DNA of 64,000 bases from an uncultured Gemmatimonadales bacterium (GTDB taxonomy: Bacteria > Gemmatimonadota > Gemmatimonadetes > Gemmatimonadales > Gemmatimonadaceae), in the NCBI GenBank assembly GCA_963707505.1, contig CAVPQB010000003.1, positions 192,001-256,000 on the forward strand, given 5' to 3'. The notes under the pieces are model-generated. The model worked only from the letters and a program-made list of their open reading frames with translations, was not told the origin of the DNA and ran no database searches. Below, piece after piece: positions 51,895 through 62,902 of the stretch. The position numbers and the translations under genes are program-made. Numbering within the stretch: the first letter of the stretch is position 1; each line of letters opens with the position of its first letter.

Positions 51895-53483
51895 TCCCTC
51901 GGTCCGGCGCGCTGCATCTCTCCTGCTCTGTGCAGCGCGTCGGCCTGTGAACGCGAAGCACCAAGCAGTTGCTCCGCTGCGATCAACACCCGATCGTCCT
52001 GTGCTTTTCTCCGGAACTCGGCGTCCGCGCCGAAGACGTACCGCGCAACTTCATACGCGAACAGGCGCGAGACCAACGGTGCGGCGGCGTCGTACGTGCT
52101 GCGAGGGACATCCACCGAGCGCGCCTGCATGCGCTTGTAGATCTCATCGAGCATGGCTGGCGTAACCGCGAAGTCCGGCGACTTGATCGCGTTCGTTGCC
52201 TTGATCTCCAGCGCGTAGCCCGTCAGCGCGTCGTGAAATCGCGACACGTCCGTTCCCAGCGCATGCATGAGTGCGAGATTCTCCGGCGGTGCTGTGGTGT
52301 CACCAATCGCGACGTCCGGCGTAATTCCTCCACCACCGAGAACAGTCCGGCCACCATCCGTGTGATACTTCGGACGCGCAGGCTCCGAGTCTCCGTTATC
52401 TGCGTCGGGCTGTGGCGGAGGACGCGAGATGAATCGACCGAGCGGAGTGCGCCACCGAGCCGTTGTCAGTCGTACCGCGCCACCGGCCTGTACCGGGAAT
52501 ATGTGCTGCACACTTCCCTTGCCGTATGTCGTCATCCCAAGCACGACCGCGCGGTCATGATCCTGCAACGCACCTGCGACGACTTCGGCCGCACTCGCCG
52601 TTTTGTCGTCCACCAGTATTGCAATTGTCAGTTTTGGCCACCGCTGCGCTGCGCTATCCGTGAACACCACGTTGTCGGCGGAGTCACGTCCGGATGTGCT
52701 GGCGACGCGCTCGCCACGATCCAGAAAGAGATCCGCCACCGCGACTCCCTGGTCAAGCAACCCGCCAGGATTCGCGCGCAGGTCCAGCGCCAGCGATGTC
52801 GCGCCAGCACGGACCAGCGAATCGACCGTTGCCTTGAGCTCACGCGCCGTCGAATCACTGAAGACGCTCAACGCGACATAGCCAACATTGGATGACAGCA
52901 ACGCTGCGCGCCTGATCGCACTGTGATGAATCGACGCACGCGTAAGCTTGAGCGTGACCGGACTCGCCGAGCCCGCATGCTGAATCGCGATCTCGACAAC
53001 CGAGCCTGGCACGCCCCGCAACAGCTTCTGTACTTCCTCTGCTGTCCATCCGCTGACAGCCTTGCCGTCGATCTGCACGATGCGGTCGCCCGTGAGAACG
53101 CCAGCCTTCTCACCCGGGCCGCCCGGCAGCGGGTTCACGACAACGAGCGACCCGTCACGCACGTCCACCTGCAGTCCGATGCCGGCGTAGCTTCCCGACG
53201 TTCTCTCCGACAGGTTGTTCAGGCGCTCGGGCGTGAGGTACGCGTCGTACGGATCGTCCAGCTCCGACAGCATTCCGTCCAGCGCGAGTTGATACATGCG
53301 CGCGTCGCTGACCGTATCGACGTAGTTGTCGCGTACGATCGCACTCACCTGAGAGAACAGCCTTGTGCCGTTCACCCTGGTGGTGGTAGTGCCACGCTGA
53401 AACATCCACGCACCCGCGACGAGGGCGATCGCGAGAATCGCGGCGAGCACGATCGTCTTGGGGCGCGTCCTTCCGTTACTCAC
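51891..53483 (-). CDS. S41 C-terminal processing peptidase (PDZ)
   Basis: LDDPY..YL, YAGIG, PDZ, LDLRANPGGLL, TASAAEVVAGALQDHDRA, TYGKGSVQ. GTG start overlaps the tmk stop. Confidence 0.92.
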   Translation of the reverse strand: MSNGRTRPKTIVLAAILAIALVAGAWMFQRGTTTTRVNGTRLFSQVSAIVRDNYVDTVSDARMYQLALDGMLSELDDPYDAYLTPERLNNLSERTSGSYAGIGLQVDVRDGSLVVVNPLPGGPGEKAGVLTGDRIVQIDGKAVSGWTAEEVQKLLRGVPGSVVEIAIQHAGSASPVTLKLTRASIHHSAIRRAALLSSNVGYVALSVFSDSTARELKATVDSLVRAGATSLALDLRANPGGLLDQGVAVADLFLDRGERVASTSGRDSADNVVFTDSAAQRWPKLTIAILVDDKTASAAEVVAGALQDHDRAVVLGMTTYGKGSVQHIFPVQAGGAVRLTTARWRTPLGRFISRPPPQPDADNGDSEPARPKYHTDGGRTVLGGGGITPDVAIGDTTAPPENLALMHALGTDVSRFHDALTGYALEIKATNAIKSPDFAVTPAMLDEIYKRMQARSVDVPRSTYDAAAPLVSRLFAYEVARYVFGADAEFRRKAQDDRVLIAAEQLLGASRSQADALHRAGEMQRAGPRE

Positions 53484-54169
53484 TTCGCTACCTCCTGCTC
53501 CAGCGCGGTCGTCAGCTCGGCGCCAAGTCGCGGCGCGTAGCCACCGATTGCAGCGACGATGCGACGAAACACATCGTCCGGTGGTCCACCCGCGTCGACG
53601 CTCACGATCGGGCCGCACTCTGGATGTCGCCGCTGCCATTCAGGTGTCGCGAAGTCGTCAAACGCGGCGGCGACGCGAGCATGAAATTCATCGCCAAGCT
53701 GCTCCATGTAGTCGTGCCCGGAGCGCTTACCCGCGCGTGCGAGGCCGTCATTGTCAGGAAGATGAAGCACGAGCGTAACCGCGGGGACGAGGTCTCCGAC
53801 CGCCAACTGATTTGCCGCGCGCACCTCGTTCCCTGGAAGACCGCGTCCGTGAATCTGATACGCATAAGTCGAGAGAAAGAAACGATCCAGCACAACGACA
53901 TCTCCAGCCGCGAGCGCGGGCCTGACCTGCTCGGTTACCAGCTGAGCGCGGGACGCCATGAAGAGGAGCGCTTCTGCACGCGCTGTTCTCGTCTGCGTCG
54001 GTGCCAGCAGGATATTTCGAACTGCTTCACCGAGTGAAGTGCCGCCCGGCTCGCGAAGATGCACGCAGCCGATCCCGCGGTGCGTGAGCTCAGCGACAAG
54101 GCGGCCAGCCTGTGTCGTTTTGCCGACACCCTCTGCCCCCTCGAACACTATGAGCTCTCCGCGCTTCAC
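53480..54169 (-). CDS. tmk: thymidylate kinase
   Basis: FEGAEGVGKTTQ, REPGG, EALLF.A.R.Q, DRF..ST.AYQ. Start may be 54187. Confidence 0.94.
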   Translation of the reverse strand: MKRGELIVFEGAEGVGKTTQAGRLVAELTHRGIGCVHLREPGGTSLGEAVRNILLAPTQTRTARAEALLFMASRAQLVTEQVRPALAAGDVVVLDRFFLSTYAYQIHGRGLPGNEVRAANQLAVGDLVPAVTLVLHLPDNDGLARAGKRSGHDYMEQLGDEFHARVAAAFDDFATPEWQRRHPECGPIVSVDAGGPPDDVFRRIVAAIGGYAPRLGAELTTALEQEVAK

Positions 54170-54179
54170 TTTACCCGTC

Positions 54180-54536
54180 TCAGCCAAGTGTGATTATGGA
54201 GCTCTGCGCGCCTTTCTGTATCCCTTCGGTGATCCAGTCATTCACGTGGCGCATGACCTTGTCGAGATTCTCCTGCGCAACAGCGACACGTTGATAGGAC
54301 GGGGTGCTCTGCACCTTGGTGAGAAGCGCATCCAGCTGCTTCTCCATCTCCTCCGTCGGCTCCTCGCCCCGCTGCAGCATGGCCTGCGCCTCGCGCCTGA
54401 GCCTTTCCATCTGCCGTATCACGGTAGTGGCGTCAGTGTCCGCCGTCAGGGCTTCGTTCGCGCGCGTGACTGCGCGGTATTCGTCGCTCTGGCCGATCAT
54501 TCTGCCCAACTCACGCGCCTTGTCTTCCAGTGCCAC
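54180..54536 (-). CDS. YlbF/YmcA-family regulator
   Basis: DKARELGRMI.QS.EY N-terminus and all-helical 118-aa pattern. SD AGGAGG. Confidence 0.75.
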   Translation of the reverse strand: MALEDKARELGRMIGQSDEYRAVTRANEALTADTDATTVIRQMERLRREAQAMLQRGEEPTEEMEKQLDALLTKVQSTPSYQRVAVAQENLDKVMRHVNDWITEGIQKGAQSSIITLG

Positions 54537-54545
54537 ACATACCTC

Positions 54546-55424
54546 CTAGGAGCGCCGCGCGATGACGAACCGCTCGCGCCCCGCCAGGTCCAGCCGTACG
54601 GAGATCTCACGGTATCGCGGATCGACCGCCAGCGATTCGGCGGCGAGCGACGCCCGCCGCGCATCAACTTCGAGTGCAAGGATTCCGCCTTCGTGCAACA
54701 GATCGGCGGCGCCGCGGATTATCGCCACGGTGGCCGCCATTCCATCTGCGCCGCTCAACAGCGCGAGCGCCGGCTCCCAATCTCGCACACCAGCCGGCAG
54801 CTCGGCGGCCTCATGATATGCAATGTAAGGGGGATTCGATACGATTACCGCAGCGCGCAGATCTCTTATGGGGGCCAGCAACGCTCCGTGCCGAAATTCC
54901 ACCGGCGCCCGGAGCGCTCCGGCCAGTCTGGACGCGTTCTGCCTGGCGACCGCCAGGGCATCCAGCGACACATCCGTCGCCACCACCCGGTCGAAGATCC
55001 CCTCGCTCGCCAGCGAAAGAGCGATCGCTCCCGAGCCGGTCCCAATGTCCACAGCCGTACCGCCCCTGTCGCCCGAAAGCTGCAGCACCTGCTCCACCAG
55101 CCCCTCCGTCTCGGGACGCGGAATCAGCACGCGTTCGTCCACGTCCAGCGTAAGATGCCTGAACGATGCGCGGCGCACTGCATACGCAAATGGAGCACCG
55201 GATCGCAGTCGCGCGATCGCGAGTCGCGCGGCGTGGCAAACCGAATCTTCCACCGCCTCGCTGCCGTTGGCACCGGGCCAGAATCGGGGCACATCCAGCA
55301 ATGCGGCGATAACCTCCTGCGCAAGTCGCGGCGATGTGTCGCCGAGCAGCAGTTGCAGCTCGACCGCGAGTGCGCCAACACTGCGCACATCGGTCCGCGC
55401 GGTACCGCCGCTCATGTCACTCAC
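54546..55424 (-). CDS. prmC: release factor glutamine methyltransferase
   Basis: [32 protein letters not shown]. Follows prfA. Confidence 0.94.
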   Translation of the reverse strand: MSDMSGGTARTDVRSVGALAVELQLLLGDTSPRLAQEVIAALLDVPRFWPGANGSEAVEDSVCHAARLAIARLRSGAPFAYAVRRASFRHLTLDVDERVLIPRPETEGLVEQVLQLSGDRGGTAVDIGTGSGAIALSLASEGIFDRVVATDVSLDALAVARQNASRLAGALRAPVEFRHGALLAPIRDLRAAVIVSNPPYIAYHEAAELPAGVRDWEPALALLSGADGMAATVAIIRGAADLLHEGGILALEVDARRASLAAESLAVDPRYREISVRLDLAGRERFVIARRS

Positions 55425-56484
55425 CGCTCAGACGCTCCTCGACGTCGGCCATGCGGAGTGCGTCGATGAACGGCTCGATTCCGCCGTTCATGATGCTCGC
55501 AAGATCGTGCGACGTGAGTCCAATGCGATGATCCGTAACGCGACTCTGCGGAAAGTTGTACGTACGAATCTTTGCCGATCGGTCGCCGGTCCCGACCTGA
55601 GTCTTGCGCATGCGTGCACGCTCCGCTTCACGCTCGGCGAGTCGCGCGTCCAGCAGTCGCGCTCGCAGCACTTCCATTCCCTTGATCTTGTTCTGCAACT
55701 GCGATTTCTGATCCTGTTGCGATACGACCAGGCCAGATGGGATGTGCGTGATGCGCACCGCCGAGTCGGTGGTATTCACCGATTGCCCGCCCGGTCCGGA
55801 TGAACGGAAAACGTCGATGCGGAGGTCCTTGTCCTCGATGCGCACATCGACTTCTTCAGCTTCCGGCAACACTGCGACAGTCGCAGCAGAAGTGTGAGTT
55901 CTTCCCTGGCTCTCAGTCACGGGAACGCGCTGCACACGGTGCACGCCAGACTCCCAGCGCATCGCGCCGAACGCTCCCGTTCCGATGATCTTGAAGATGA
56001 CTTCCTTGACACCGCCGAGTGTGGCTTCGGAAAGCGAGATGATCTCGACGCGCCAGCGGCGCGCCTCACAGTAGCGTGTGTACATGCGCCATAGTTCCGC
56101 GGCGAACAGCGCAGCCTCGTCACCGCCAGTACCAGCACGGATTTCAACGATCGCGGGCCGGTCGTCGAGCGGATCTGGTGGCACGAGTGCCGGCTTGAGC
56201 TCGATTTCGATCTGCGCGATCTCGTCCGTGAGCCGCTCCTCTTCCGCGTGCGCTTCCGACGCCATCTCGGGGTCGTCCGAGTCCGCGAGCTCGAGTGCCT
56301 CTGCACGCTCGCGCTCCGCGCGCTCCAGGCGCTGCGCGAGCGACACGACAGTCTGAAGCTGGCGATGCTCGCGTCCCAGATCCGCGAGGAGTCTGGAGTC
56401 GCGCGCGGTCGCCGGATCGCTCAACTGGGCTTCGACTTCGGCTGCCCTGGCGACGGCGGTGACGAGGCGGTCTCGAAGGCTCAT
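55417..56484 (-). CDS. prfA: peptide chain release factor 1
   Basis: [25 protein letters not shown] (PxT), [16 protein letters not shown]. Confidence 0.97.
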   Translation of the reverse strand: MSLRDRLVTAVARAAEVEAQLSDPATARDSRLLADLGREHRQLQTVVSLAQRLERAERERAEALELADSDDPEMASEAHAEEERLTDEIAQIEIELKPALVPPDPLDDRPAIVEIRAGTGGDEAALFAAELWRMYTRYCEARRWRVEIISLSEATLGGVKEVIFKIIGTGAFGAMRWESGVHRVQRVPVTESQGRTHTSAATVAVLPEAEEVDVRIEDKDLRIDVFRSSGPGGQSVNTTDSAVRITHIPSGLVVSQQDQKSQLQNKIKGMEVLRARLLDARLAEREAERARMRKTQVGTGDRSAKIRTYNFPQSRVTDHRIGLTSHDLASIMNGGIEPFIDALRMADVEERLSGE

Positions 56485-56582
56485 GGTCGGCGGACGGTCA
56501 TTGTGGTGCGCTTAAAAAGATCACTCATCAAGCTAGCGGAAGAAGGTGCGCCGCTGGACGCCGGCGCAGTTGTCGGAAACAC

Positions 56583-56609
56583 GAAAGCCCACGACATTCG
56601 TGGGCCTTC
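56583..56609 (-). terminator. probable terminator after rpmE
   Basis: Minus strand GCCCACGA-ATG-TCGTGGGC-TTTC. Confidence 0.6.
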
Positions 56610-56630
56610 GGTAAATCGGAATACGAGCCG

Positions 56631-56846
56631 CTAAGCGGTCGCCTTCTCCTTTCGTCCGTACTTCTGACGGAAACGCTCTACGCGGCCGGCGGTATCGACC
56701 ATCTTGGCCTTGCCCGTATAGAACGGATGGCAAACGGCGCAGATGTCGGTGCTGATGTTGGCGACCGTGGAGCGTGTCTCGAACGTATTGCCGCACGCAC
56801 AGTGAACCTTCGCCGTGGCGTACAGTGGATGGATGTCTGGTTTCAT
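56631..56846 (-). CDS. rpmE: 50S ribosomal protein L31 (zinc-binding type)
   Basis: [27 protein letters not shown]. Confidence 0.96.
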   Translation of the reverse strand: MKPDIHPLYATAKVHCACGNTFETRSTVANISTDICAVCHPFYTGKAKMVDTAGRVERFRQKYGRKEKATA

Positions 56847-56984
56847 TGGATTGACCTCGGGTGTGGCTAGCCTCTAAAGATAATCCGGCCGGGGATCGGA
56901 TGGAAGCCACCCGCGGTAGCCACGGGTGTATCCCCGTACGGGCCCGGGGATTGCCCTATAACTCGGTCCAACCCAGAGGATCAG

Positions 56985-57404
56985 ATGTTTTCCCGAGCTT
57001 CGCTCAGAGCCGCAGCCCTCGCCGTCGTCGGCGTGGCGGGATGCGCGTCGCTTCCCGGCCGGACCGAGGGCCCCACCGTTCCAATCACCGTCGAGGTCCG
57101 GAACAATCTGGCCCTCCCCACCGACCTCACGGTCTACGCCGTCACCCGATCCGGCGCGCGTACGCTACTCGGAAGTGTCCCTCCCGCTTCCACAAAAAGC
57201 TTCACATTCAAGCCAGTGTCGTTCTCCGAGCCATATCGCCTGCTCGCAACACGAGCGCTCCGCCGCGCGATTGCGTCCCAGGTATTTACCGTCGGATCGG
57301 ACATGACTGGGAGAATCGTCTGGACAATGTCGCCCAACATCGTGGGTTTTGAGCAAGTCGACACCGATTCTACGGCAGCGTCCGACACCGGCAAAACGCC
57401 CTGA
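56985..57404 (+). CDS. hypothetical lipoprotein
   Basis: Lipobox VAGC, small beta-rich domain. GAGG upstream. Confidence 0.72.
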   Translation: MFSRASLRAAALAVVGVAGCASLPGRTEGPTVPITVEVRNNLALPTDLTVYAVTRSGARTLLGSVPPASTKSFTFKPVSFSEPYRLLATRALRRAIASQVFTVGSDMTGRIVWTMSPNIVGFEQVDTDSTAASDTGKTP

Positions 57405-57427
57405 GCTTCACGCTTTAGCTACAGGTT

Positions 57428-58998
57428 TTAGCTACCAGCCGCCTTTCGACGGAGCCGCGAGCTGCGCCACGCAGCGAACACGAAGCCAACCGTAATGACG
57501 AGACAGAGCGCGCCGACCCAGTCGCCGATGAGCGTGTAGAGCGTGCGTTGCGACGTCACTTCGACGTCGTACGTCGCCGTACGCGGCACGAAGATCGGCG
57601 TCTCGGCGCGCACGCGTCCCGAGCGGATCGATCCAGCCCGAAATACCGGTGTTGGCTGCTCGCACGATCGGAATACGATTCTCGATCGCACGGAGCGACA
57701 GATGCGCGAAGTGCTGGTACGGCGCGTTGCTTCGCTGGAACCACGCATCGTTCGTGATGTTCAACAGAACCGAAGTTCCCTGCTTCGCGTAGTCGCGCGC
57801 CAGTTGCGGAAAAATCGATTCGTAGCAGATGAGTACGCCGGCCGTGCCGAACGCAAGATGAAACGGTTCTTCACTGGTTCCACGCCCAAAGCCGCCAAAA
57901 TAGTTGACGCCCTGAAACCAATCGGGATTGAGGAACGGTACGCGCTCCACTATCGGAACGAGGAAATGCTTGCGATACGGCGGCTGCGGACTGACGTTAC
58001 CGCGCGGATCGGTGAGCAGCGCGGCGTTGTAGTACGCGAACGGAAGAACTCGCGGATCGCTCGAGTCCATGAAGCCGACAACCATCGGCGTTGGATGTTC
58101 AGCGACCGCGGCACGTAGCGAGTCGAACCACGCGGGATACTGCCAGAGGAAACGGTCCAGCGCAGCCTCCGGCCACACGACGAGATCGGGCGACGAGCGC
58201 GCAACTTCTGTGCGGGTCATGGCCACGAGCTTTCGCAACGTGCGCCGATGGATTTTCAGTCGTGAGCTTTACTTCCTCGGGAATGTTGGGCTGTATGATC
58301 GCGATGCGCGCGAGCGGCCTGAGCTCTATGGTCGCCATGCGCCATTCACCGTACGCGCCCACGACAGCGAGCACGGCGACTGCGCCCACGATTCGCGCCG
58401 TCGCGCCGCGCCGGTTCGACCTGTACAACCACGCGTCGGCGACGAAGCCGTTCACGGCTGCGATACAGAACGATACGCCGCGCACCCCGCTCAGGTCCGC
58501 GACCTGAGCCAGCAGTGGCACGTGCGCGAACGCGAGTCCCAGCGGCAGCCACGGGAACGAAAGGTCACTCAGATAGTTGAGCGCCAACTCCGAAGCGGTC
58601 CAGACGATGGGCAACAGAATCGCGAGCGGCCATCCAGTCAGCTTGCGAGCGAAGTAAAGCGCTGCCATCGTCGCGCCCACCATCGGTGCAAGCCAGATGA
58701 GCGCGCCGATGTAGCCAAGGAGAGCGAGCTTGGTGTATAGCAACAGCGCGACCGCGATCCAGTACAGATTCGCGCCGTAGCCGATGAAGCCGAACCAGAA
58801 TCCCGCGCGTGCCGCCTGCCACGCATGCCCTTCCCGGTCCGCCGAGTGCGTCACCATTACCGAGATCGGTACCAGGCACAGGAGCACTGGTACGACGAGA
58901 TTGAACGGGGGAAACGATATCGCGAAGAGGGCCGCCGACGCGAGCGCCGCAAGCGCTTCAGTGCGACTCGGCACAATCCCGCCGGCGCGGATTTTCAT
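57428..58998 (-). CDS. lnt: apolipoprotein N-acyltransferase (frameshifts near 58235 and 57620)
   Basis: N-terminal TMs, FPW..LG, IQPNI, VWPE, YNAA, K..LVP, ICYESIF, TNDAWF, RAIE, RAANTGIS, TLY..GDW. Confidence 0.93.
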
Positions 58999-59044
58999 CG
59001 CGCCGCGATACTGGCTGTCACGCTCTTCACTTCGTTCGTACGCT

Positions 59045-60055
59045 TCACGAACGAATTTCGCGTCCTTCTTCGGCGGACTTGTATACCGCCTCTACCAGCT
59101 TCTGTACCACCAGCTGATCTGATGGCGGCTTGTAAGGGGTCTCGTCGCGTACGAGTGCGATGAAATGCGCAATCTCCGCGCGGTAGCTCTGGATGAACGC
59201 ACTCTCGCGCGCTGCGGCGCCGGTCGGCGAAACGTCGGTAGGTCTTCCGTTCAACAATTTCACGACGCGCAGAGGCGCAAGTCGCGCGCTTCCACGGGAC
59301 GCTCTGGTCTCGAACCACCAGCGATCTTCCTCGCCGACATAGTTCCACGCAACGTCCGCGGTAAACAACACACCGCCAGCCAGCTCGATCTGCATCGCCA
59401 TGCTGTCCTCCACCGCCGATGCGCCACGCCCACGGTCGAACTGCGCGCTCACCCGCACGGCCTCGGCGAAGTCAGTCAGCCAGAGCGCGAGATCGAGCAG
59501 CGGATAACCGAGATCGAGGAATGCGCCCCCGCCCGCCTCGGGACGCCGATAGCGCCAACCGCCCTGCTGTCCGCGAAACTGATAGTGGCCGCCGCGAATT
59601 CCAGTGATCGCGCCAAGCTCGCCGCCGCGCATGAAGCGCTGCAACTGCTGCACGTCGGTCCTGAACCGGTGGTTGTTGCCCACCACAATCTTGCGTCCGG
59701 CTTTCTCTGCCGTCGCGACTATTCTCTCGACGCCACGGGACGTGAGCGACAGCGGCCGCTCGCACAGGACATCGACGCCAGCTTTTATCGCAGCAAGCAC
59801 ATGCGGCTCGTGCAGATGGTTCGGCGTCGCGATGACCACTGCATCGACCTGATCGAAGTCGAACAGATCATCGATGTCGGTGAACACGTCGCGCACACCG
59901 AACCGATCGGCGAGAGAGCGCGCTTTGGGGCCGTCGTTGTCGCACAATGCGACGAGTGTCGCGCCTCTTGCCTTGGAAAGCAGCGGGAGATGCGCGATCT
60001 GCGAGATCGCTCCCGCCCCTACTACGGCGACTCTGATCGGCGGCGTGGATGCCAT
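59045..60055 (-). CDS. Gfo/Idh/MocA family oxidoreductase
   Basis: VAVVGAGAI..H, DAVVIATPNHLH, VLCERP, GGGAFLDLG. Confidence 0.9.
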   Translation of the reverse strand: MASTPPIRVAVVGAGAISQIAHLPLLSKARGATLVALCDNDGPKARSLADRFGVRDVFTDIDDLFDFDQVDAVVIATPNHLHEPHVLAAIKAGVDVLCERPLSLTSRGVERIVATAEKAGRKIVVGNNHRFRTDVQQLQRFMRGGELGAITGIRGGHYQFRGQQGGWRYRRPEAGGGAFLDLGYPLLDLALWLTDFAEAVRVSAQFDRGRGASAVEDSMAMQIELAGGVLFTADVAWNYVGEEDRWWFETRASRGSARLAPLRVVKLLNGRPTDVSPTGAAARESAFIQSYRAEIAHFIALVRDETPYKPPSDQLVVQKLVEAVYKSAEEGREIRS

Positions 60056-60058
60056 TAC

Positions 60059-61510
60059 CTAAATTACTCGCCCGATCGTGGTTCCCGGATAGTACGTGTG
60101 AAGAATTGTCATCACGTCCTGGCCCGCGCGGGCGCGGGCGATCGCCCCCCACTGGTCCATGCCCACCCCATGACCGTTGCCGCTTCCGTTGATGGTCAGC
60201 TGCGTCAAACGTCCGCGTCTGTCGGTGCTCTCATCAAATGTGAACAGAGTGCTCGGGAGTATGTCGCCCCCGGGGGCACGCAGTATGAAGCGAACGTCGT
60301 TGCCGCGCACCGTGAACCGGCCGCGGTCGGTCTCGAATACGAGACCGGCCACACGTCCCGACCTCGTGCGACCCGTGACGGTAATCTTCTGCAGCGTCCC
60401 GATGCGACCGCGCTGAGCCGATGAATACTGCGGCAGATAGCGGTCCAGCAGTGATGCGAGCTCCGACGCGCTGAGCGTGCGGGTCCATCTGAACCGCGGC
60501 GAGTCCTCGCCATAGTAGTGATCGGTGCCCGGTATCCGGTCGCTCACCGATACGAGATACGGCTCGTCACCGCTTCGCCACACCTCGCTCGCAGCGGCAG
60601 TGACGCCGCCAGAGTTCGAATGATACGGTGCGTTGATCACTCGTCCGTCGTACATCATCACCATGTCGTGCGTCGCGGCAACGGCGGCGTCCGACAACGG
60701 CCGTTCCGCGTCAACACCGCCGTAAACCTGGTCCGCCACCGTCGCCAGCATGTCGTAGGGACGCGAGTCGTCCATACGCGTATATGCAAAGCTGCGCGCG
60801 GCTATCGCCTGCGCTTCCACGGCCGCACTTTCGATCGCGGTACGATCCGTACCGATCTCGAGCGGCACCACACCGCGCAGATAATCCTCCATGGCAACGC
60901 GATTTATCACAGACACGCCGTCGTTCGAGACAGCAATGCCTATCTCGCCGCGGTAGCGATGACCGTCGAATCCGACGAACGCACCGGCATCGATTGCGCG
61001 CGCGATCAGCGGCCCGCGTACCGACGGAACAGGACTACCACTAACCACGAGCATTCCATCCCGTGCTTCGACGGTGAAGCTGTCGCCGGAATGCAATGTC
61101 GCCAGCGCCTTGCCGCTGGGCCCGTCGTAAACACTCCAGTCCCCGGTCGCGTAGATCCGCGCCGAACGCCGTCCAAGCGCCAGCGCGATGCGGACCGTCT
61201 GGTCGTTATCGGAGCGTGAAACCCCGCCGACCGGCCGCGCATTGCCCTGAGCCGCCGACGATCTGTGGCCGATGATCGTCGGAAGCACGGTAACTGGCAC
61301 GTCGGCCACCTGAACAGCCGCCGTATCGCCGCGACGCGACGAATCGGCCGGAAGATTCAGCGGGGGAAGATTGCTGCGGGGCTCCGTGCGCGCTGATGCA
61401 ACCGGTTCCGGTGCCACTACAGGGCGCCTGGTTCCGCTGGCGCATGCACCGAGGAATACCATCGCGAATACGAGCGTTGATTTCACGCTCATAAGACGCG
61501 CAACGCTCAC
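60059..61510 (-). CDS. SpoIID/LytB-domain lytic transglycosylase-like lipoprotein
   Basis: Lipobox LGAC, YRG, EDYLRGVVPLE, AQAIAARS, DQVYGG, G.GHGVGM.QWGA, ILHTYYPG. Confidence 0.9.
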   Translation of the reverse strand: MSVARLMSVKSTLVFAMVFLGACASGTRRPVVAPEPVASARTEPRSNLPPLNLPADSSRRGDTAAVQVADVPVTVLPTIIGHRSSAAQGNARPVGGVSRSDNDQTVRIALALGRRSARIYATGDWSVYDGPSGKALATLHSGDSFTVEARDGMLVVSGSPVPSVRGPLIARAIDAGAFVGFDGHRYRGEIGIAVSNDGVSVINRVAMEDYLRGVVPLEIGTDRTAIESAAVEAQAIAARSFAYTRMDDSRPYDMLATVADQVYGGVDAERPLSDAAVAATHDMVMMYDGRVINAPYHSNSGGVTAAASEVWRSGDEPYLVSVSDRIPGTDHYYGEDSPRFRWTRTLSASELASLLDRYLPQYSSAQRGRIGTLQKITVTGRTRSGRVAGLVFETDRGRFTVRGNDVRFILRAPGGDILPSTLFTFDESTDRRGRLTQLTINGSGNGHGVGMDQWGAIARARAGQDVMTILHTYYPGTTIGRVI

Positions 61511-62902
61511 CGTCCGAAACTTCCGATGGTCGTGGACACGAGTGGCAGTTGCCGCCGTAGCGAGACACGGATATCTCCCACTGGCGCGCTGATCACACGA
61601 ATCGTTTCCGCGCTGAAGTCGTAGTCGTCCACAACTTCGCGAGGGATGACCTCCAGCAAAGTGCCCGGTGTGTACCTCTCGTCCAGGAAGGTCACGCCAT
61701 CGATGTCATCCGCCTGCCACGGCAATCGGGCCACGGCGAGCCCTGTAACGTCGTCGATTCTGTCCACCAGCGCCTGAACTGGAGTACCGAGCCGGCCCTC
61801 GTAGCGCTCCGCTGTGATCATTCGTTGCAGATCGGAGACGCGCTCGAGCCTGTCGCGCTTGACTGATTCCGGCACGTCGTCTTCCAGCTCCGCTGCGCGC
61901 GTACCTTCCTGCGGAGAGTAGCTGAAAACGCCAACGCGCTCGAACTGTACGTCCTCGAGAAACGCCAACAGCTGCTCGAAGTCGTCTTCGGTTTCGCCGG
62001 GAAAGCCGACGATGCACGTGGTGCGAATCGCGACGCGCGGAACTGCAGTGCGAAAGCGCGCGACGTTTGCACGAATGGTTCGCGCACGTTCCGGTCGTCG
62101 CATGCGTTCCAGCACAGTGTCAGACGCATGCTGGATGGGCATGTCGATGTACGGCATGATGCGCGGCTCGCGCGCCACCAGCTCCAGCAGCTGTGGTGTG
62201 ATTCCGGTCGCGTACAGGTACAGCATTCGGATCCACGGTATCGTCGTCTGATCGACGAGCATCTGCAATACATCCGGCAGTCGCACCGTGCGGTCGCGAA
62301 TGTCGCGCCCATAGTGCGCCAGATCCTGCGCGACGAGATTGATCTCACGTGCGCCCTGCATCTCCAGCAGCTGCGCTTCGGCTACCACTTCTTCCGGCGC
62401 AAATGATCGGTGCTTGCCGCGCATCAATGGGATCGCGCAGAATGCGCATCCGTGGTCGCACCCCTCGCTCACCTTTAGATACCGCACGTGAGGCAGATCG
62501 CCGCTGTACAGCCGCACACCGGGATGCTCCAGCATCGCGATCACCAGTCAGTACACCGCGACTGGCGAGTTCCTCGATCAGCCGGTCGGTCTCCGACGCA
62601 CCGAGGAACAGATCGACTTCCGGCAGAGCTTCCTCCAGCTCACCCTTGTGGCGCTCCACCATGCAGCCGACTGCGACGACGGTGCTGCATACGCCGCTCG
62701 TCTTGTACTCTCCCGCCTCGATCAGCGCGTCGAGCGACTCCTTCTTCGCAGCGTCGATGAAGCCGCACGTATTGACGATTATCACCTCGGCGTCGCCGAG
62801 GTCGTCCGTCATCTCGCCGCCGTACGCCGCAAGCTGCGCGAGATACCGTTCCGAATCGACCGTGTTCTTGTCACATCCGAGTGTGACCAGCCCCACCTTC
62901 AT
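61507..62902 (-). CDS. rimO: ribosomal protein S12 methylthiotransferase (frameshift near 62545)
   Basis: LGCDKNTVDSE, NTCGFI..AK.ES, YLKVSEGCDHGCAFC, IVGFPGET, TRAM-like end with DIDG. Confidence 0.93.

Noticed and set aside
53958..55803. Long antisense ORFs (e.g. 53958-55469, 59165-60424, 7605-8795, 3155-4210)
   Set aside because: They are shadow frames of well-supported genes in GC-rich DNA, with Arg/Ala/Pro-rich translations and no recognisable motifs.
6605..62902. Programmed ribosomal frameshifting or split genes (thrS, valS, purH, prs, ychF, aroF, lnt, rimO)
   Set aside because: No common slippery heptamer or stimulatory structure, shifts occur at unrelated sites, and their density fits sequencing error.
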